In this document: piece after piece, positions 7,781 through 11,773 of the stretch
How positions within the stretch are numbered: the first letter of the stretch is position 1
How the letters are laid out: the number at the start of each line of letters is the position of its first letter
Assembly (NCBI GenBank): GCA_043813605.1
Contig: JBDRKX010000090.1
Span: forward strand, 1-11,773
From: Elusimicrobiota bacterium
Lineage (GTDB): Bacteria; CG03; SLGR01; JBDRKX01
Reading direction: 5' to 3'
DNA length: 11,773 nucleotides
Program-made: the position numbers and the translations under genes
Notes under the pieces: model-generated
Databases searched by the model: none
Told to the model about the DNA's origin: nothing
What the model saw: the letters and a program-made list of their open reading frames with translations, nothing else

Positions 7781-7869
7781 AACGATAATGGCAAACCCTT
7801 CGAAAGTAGGGGACGCAAAGCTACGGAGCTAAACTTCTTTGAAAGGGGCACGTTAGCCGGGCTGCCGAA
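7781..7869 (+). ncRNA. c-di-GMP-I (GEMM) riboswitch aptamer
   Basis: GGCAAA-CCCTTC-GAAA-GTAGGG-GACGCAAAG (P2 with GAAA tetraloop); P3 GCTACGG/CCGGGC with a CTAAA..CACG tetraloop-receptor-like element; 3' GCTGCCGAA. Aligns to V. cholerae Vc2: G7790=G20, A7817=A47, C7865=C92. Confidence 0.93.
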
Positions 7870-7880
7870 ACGAGAGTTTT

Positions 7881-7930
7881 GCAGGCTAACGGAAAATATA
7901 AAAAAAAGTTTTCCAGCGGCCTGTTTTTTT
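7881..7930 (+). terminator. Intrinsic terminator of the riboswitch expression platform
   Basis: GCAGGCT (7881-7887) pairs with GGCCTGT (7918-7924); GGAAAA (7891-7896) pairs with TTTTCC (7909-7914); T7 run at 7924-7930. Confidence 0.8.
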
Positions 7931-7933
7931 AAT

Positions 7934-10900
7934 ATGAAAAAGAAAAAAGAAAAAATTAAATCGACACTGAAATCAGGGATCCTCCTGACGATAGCGATCT
8001 TTATTATATCACCTGCTTTTGCAAGGATTATTACTGTAGATATTAACGGAGGAGCTGATTATACAGTCATTCAGAATGCCATAAACGCTGCAAATTCTGG
8101 CGATACTATCCATGTTAAAGCGGGAATATATGATGAAAATATCATAATGAAAGACGAAGTGGATTTAATCGGCGAAGACATAGAAACAACAATTATAGAT
8201 GGTAAAGGAAGGACCGGTAATGTAATAATCATAGGTTCTTATAATATATCATCCACGAATTGCAGTATTACAGGATTCACGATAAGAGGCAGCGGCAGTT
8301 ACGGTGATAATGCCGGAATCAGGGTGCAGAACTCTCAAACATCGGTAATAAGTAACAATTTAATTACAGGCAATAGCGACGGTATGCGTATATACGGCGG
8401 CACTCCGAAAGTAATTAATAATACAATCTCAAATAACAGACGCAATGGGATTATGGTTCATAACGGAGCCAGGCCTGCAATACTAAATAATATTATCACA
8501 AGTAATACTTCAGCATGGCCTTCTTATGCCTCTTTCGGATGGGGACTAAGCGGTGGCGCAACTATAAATTCCCGGTATAATAATGTCTGGGATAATAATA
8601 ACAACTATTCAGGTGTGACGCCGGGAATAGGGGATATTTCAGAAGATCCATTATTTGTTAACGCACTGAACGGAGATTATCATCTGCGCCCTAATTCTCC
8701 CTGCATAGATGCCGGAGATCCAGATCTAATACAGGAAGACGGCACTCGTTCGGACATGGGTGTATTTTCTATTTCTTTGCCTGATATAGATTACGGATTC
8801 CAGGGGCGGTCCTATGAAAGAAATTCAGATGGAAGTATCGGATCTGAATTATATGGGGTAATTATTACATTTATCAGTGAAGACGGAACAGTTAAAAAGA
8901 CTATAGTTACTGATGATTATGGTTATTATAAAATACCTTTAGCAGAAGCAAGATATATTGTAACGGCTACGTGTCCGGGTTACGAAGCTTACTCCAGTTC
9001 TCCCGGATTTTTTGTATGTACAGGTAATGGTTATCAGACCGGAAACTTTTTTCTTAAAAAAATTATTCAGCCTTTATCAGCTCCTGCAAATGTATACTGC
9101 GGATGGAGCTGGTCAAGTTCTGATCATTTGGATAGAAGTGTTTCCTGGACGAAAATGCAGGATGATAATGTGAAGTCCTACAGGGTATATGTGAAGACTC
9201 CAGATTCCCCGGAATATAAAATGGAGATGGAAGTATTGGCAGATTTTACCGGCAGTCAATGGATACCATTTGAAGGTGAATATAAGGTGCTTACTACTCC
9301 GTCGGACGGCAGTAAAATAAACTATATACTAAGAAAAAAAGGTATTGACCATCCGGTTGGAAGATTTGAGTACTATGTATGTGCCGTTGATGCTGGCGGC
9401 AATGAAGGCACTCCGTCTGAAACTGTTTATAACGCATATGCCGGCCCGATGGAAATCCTTGAAGTCAAAGGAAATCCTGCTAGTGTGGCATGGGCCGGTC
9501 CGTTAGACTCAGAGTCAGGATACATAAATATATCAATATACAAACAGCCCGGCGGATATATAGCCGGGAATTCTACTATTCTCAATAACACTACAGTCAC
9601 ACAGGCGATAATTGAAAATTCTGAATTAATTCCGGGAAGTAGTTATTATCTGCAGATATATAAACAGTTTATGGATCCTGTTAATGGCAAAACGGTGAGC
9701 CTGAGTCGTCAGAAGACGGCTTTCGTTTTACCCAAAAGGGATGCCGAGGCCCCGCGTATAAGTATCTCTGTAACTCCTGATGCAGTTAGGCCGGGTGAAG
9801 TGGTAACCATAACTGTAAATGGCACAGATGACGTTGATTTAGCAGCGGTATGGTGGTGGGGAATAGATACTGCGGATTCAGAACTGAATAAGGCTCATTG
9901 GTATTCATGTTCCGGAACTCAGGCCTCCCATACATGGGCAATCGATACAACTAACCTTGCACCAGGAGTATATAGGTTAGGAGCAAATGCAAGGGATGCT
10001 TCATATCCTGCTTCGGGAGAACCTCATCAAGCTTCAGAAGGAGATGGTATTAAATATGCCGAGTTCGTTATTCTCGATACAAAACCGGATCTCAGGATAG
10101 TAGATGTGTCCTGGACTCCTGAATCTCCCATAGGTGAAGATGATTTCGATCTGGCGGCATACTTTAAATGTGAAGGTGATGGTGAAGTTAATAAAGCCTT
10201 TAATGTTTCGGTTAAGATAAATAGTAAACCATTTAAAGATGTAGTACTAACATATAATCCAATTTTATCCGGCACAGGATGGAAGGTTAACTTCGGGAAT
10301 GGAAGCGGATCTGAAAGATTTATGAAAGAATTCTATAGGGCATGTGCGCCTGGAGAAAACGATATAAGTGTTTTTATCGATTCTGAGAACGATATCATAG
10401 AGAGCAATGAAAGCAATAATATCTTAAATAAGAAAATATTAGTGAAAGATACTGTCTCGCCCGAACTTGTTATTCTTTATCCCAATGATAAGGATAGAAT
10501 TAAAGATATCATAACTATATCGGTTCAGGCAACAGATAATATCGGAGTTTCAAATGTATTATTCTATATAGATTCGAAACTGTTTCATACAGATACAGAT
10601 TCTCCATATGAGTGGAAATGGGAGACTCATTCCGTAGGAAATGGAGAGCATATGGTTAAAGCTGTTGCTAAAGATATTTTTGGTAACACAACAATCAAAT
10701 CGGTAAAAGTTCAGGTAGAGAATGAAATCCCCAGAGCCTATATTAGAGTTCCCGAAGACGGTAAAAGAATCAGAGGAAACGCTGTCACTATTATGTCAAA
10801 GGCGACCGAGAATACATCGGCTGTCCAGTTCCAGTACAGAAGAATCGGAGATGATGAAGAATGGACAAATATAACTTCTTTGGACATAAAAAAACCATAT

Positions 10901-11773
10901 TCGTGTTACTGGAATGTAAGCGCAGTTGAAAACGGCGGTTATTATTTGAGAGCGTTAGCTTATGATAAGTACACATGCTCTGATCCAAATACTGATTACG
11001 TTACTGTTTATGTTGATGATGTTAATTGGGATATACATGAGGACGGGAATCCAGAGGTTAATCCCAATATGCCACATAGAAAGAAAGAGATATTTTCAAG
11101 GGAAGATGGCGCTACTATAGAGATCGCAGACGGTACAAAAGCGATAATTCCCCCTGGTATTAATATTACAGAAGGAAGCATAGAGATCGAGATATTAAAT
11201 CCTGATGATATGTCGGATAGACTGCCTCCGGAGGAATCTTCACTTAAATCGGCGGGAGTTTTCCGCGAATATGAATTTTCAGACGGTTCCAGATTATTTA
11301 ATCAAGCTATAACACTCGTTTTACCATATCCTGATGAAGATGAAGATGGTATAGTCGATGGAACAGATGTCTACGCAGAAAACCTTAGACCTTACTGGTA
11401 TGATGAGAAAGACGATGTCTGGGTGATTATTGCAGCAGATGAGATTAATACAACGCATACTGCTCAATCGGTAAAAGAAGCAGGAAATTATATAAGTGTA
11501 AATGTAAATCATTTTACTATATTTGCGCTCATGGCACCTGTACCAAAATCAAATTTAGACGGGGTAATCGTTTATCCGAATCCATGTAAACCAAATTCAG
11601 GACTTGATCATACGCATCTTTATTTCGATGGACTCACAGATGCGGCCAGTGTGGCGATATATACTTTGGGAGGTAGACTTGTAAAAGAGATTACAGAACA
11701 TGAGATACCTGGTAAGATAAAGTGGGATATATTAAATAGTAACACTGAAAAAGCAGCCTCAGGTATTTACCTG
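7934..11773 (+). CDS. Large secreted multidomain surface protein (beta-helix, Ig/FN3/CARDB domains, T9SS-CTD/FlgD-Ig-like C-terminus); 3'-partial, at least 1280 aa
   Basis: Manual translation from ATG 7934 gives 1280 codons with no stop. Signal peptide MKKKKEK..ILLTIAIFIISPAFA|RII; beta-helix (YTVIQNAINAANSGDTIHVKAGIYDENI..DPLFVN..DYHLRPNSPCIDAG); FN3-like (SAPANV..YYVCAVDAGGNEGTPS); CARDB-like (KPDLRIVDVSWTP..IIESNESNN); Big-like (ATDNIGVSNVLFYID..PYEWKW); C-terminus VIVYPNP..IYTLGGRLVKEI..KWD..AASGIYL. Confidence 0.92.
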   Translation, partial: MKKKKEKIKSTLKSGILLTIAIFIISPAFARIITVDINGGADYTVIQNAINAANSGDTIHVKAGIYDENIIMKDEVDLIGEDIETTIIDGKGRTGNVIIIGSYNISSTNCSITGFTIRGSGSYGDNAGIRVQNSQTSVISNNLITGNSDGMRIYGGTPKVINNTISNNRRNGIMVHNGARPAILNNIITSNTSAWPSYASFGWGLSGGATINSRYNNVWDNNNNYSGVTPGIGDISEDPLFVNALNGDYHLRPNSPCIDAGDPDLIQEDGTRSDMGVFSISLPDIDYGFQGRSYERNSDGSIGSELYGVIITFISEDGTVKKTIVTDDYGYYKIPLAEARYIVTATCPGYEAYSSSPGFFVCTGNGYQTGNFFLKKIIQPLSAPANVYCGWSWSSSDHLDRSVSWTKMQDDNVKSYRVYVKTPDSPEYKMEMEVLADFTGSQWIPFEGEYKVLTTPSDGSKINYILRKKGIDHPVGRFEYYVCAVDAGGNEGTPSETVYNAYAGPMEILEVKGNPASVAWAGPLDSESGYINISIYKQPGGYIAGNSTILNNTTVTQAIIENSELIPGSSYYLQIYKQFMDPVNGKTVSLSRQKTAFVLPKRDAEAPRISISVTPDAVRPGEVVTITVNGTDDVDLAAVWWWGIDTADSELNKAHWYSCSGTQASHTWAIDTTNLAPGVYRLGANARDASYPASGEPHQASEGDGIKYAEFVILDTKPDLRIVDVSWTPESPIGEDDFDLAAYFKCEGDGEVNKAFNVSVKINSKPFKDVVLTYNPILSGTGWKVNFGNGSGSERFMKEFYRACAPGENDISVFIDSENDIIESNESNNILNKKILVKDTVSPELVILYPNDKDRIKDIITISVQATDNIGVSNVLFYIDSKLFHTDTDSPYEWKWETHSVGNGEHMVKAVAKDIFGNTTIKSVKVQVENEIPRAYIRVPEDGKRIRGNAVTIMSKATENTSAVQFQYRRIGDDEEWTNITSLDIKKPYSCYWNVSAVENGGYYLRALAYDKYTCSDPNTDYVTVYVDDVNWDIHEDGNPEVNPNMPHRKKEIFSREDGATIEIADGTKAIIPPGINITEGSIEIEILNPDDMSDRLPPEESSLKSAGVFREYEFSDGSRLFNQAITLVLPYPDEDEDGIVDGTDVYAENLRPYWYDEKDDVWVIIAADEINTTHTAQSVKEAGNYISVNVNHFTIFALMAPVPKSNLDGVIVYPNPCKPNSGLDHTHLYFDGLTDAASVAIYTLGGRLVKEITEHEIPGKIKWDILNSNTEKAASGIYL

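Noticed and set aside
7781..7869. 3',3'-cGAMP-sensing GEMM-Ib variant
   Set aside because: The discriminator position (7790) is G, not A.
6947..11512. Minus-strand ORFs 6947-7360, 7463-7672, 10027-10275, 10791-10988 and 11321-11512
   Set aside because: Antisense to the response regulator or to the long 7934+ ORF.

Overview
Bacterial chromosomal window with two parts. Left (1-6740): a DNA-uptake/processing neighbourhood. It contains a 5'-truncated tandem double PD-(D/E)XK (Cas4/AddB-like Fe-S) nuclease, a membrane-anchored stand-alone ComEC-type metallo-beta-lactamase with intact metal motifs, a 2TM-HAMP protein, convergent dusB, a ComEA-like SLBB protein lacking its HhH DNA-binding domain, and a ComEC whose own MBL domain is degenerate. 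Together these look like a split competence apparatus. Right (6741-end): a locally orphan OmpR/PhoB-family response regulator, an 11-bp-period direct-repeat promoter, and a c-di-GMP-I (GEMM) riboswitch with a clear terminator/antiterminator (predicted OFF switch). These precede a secreted multidomain surface protein of at least 1280 aa that is missing from the ORF track because it runs off the window end (beta-helix, FN3/Ig/CARDB domains, DxDxDG loop, HFT motif, T9SS-CTD/FlgD-like C-terminus). All calls come from manual motif reading; no searches were run.
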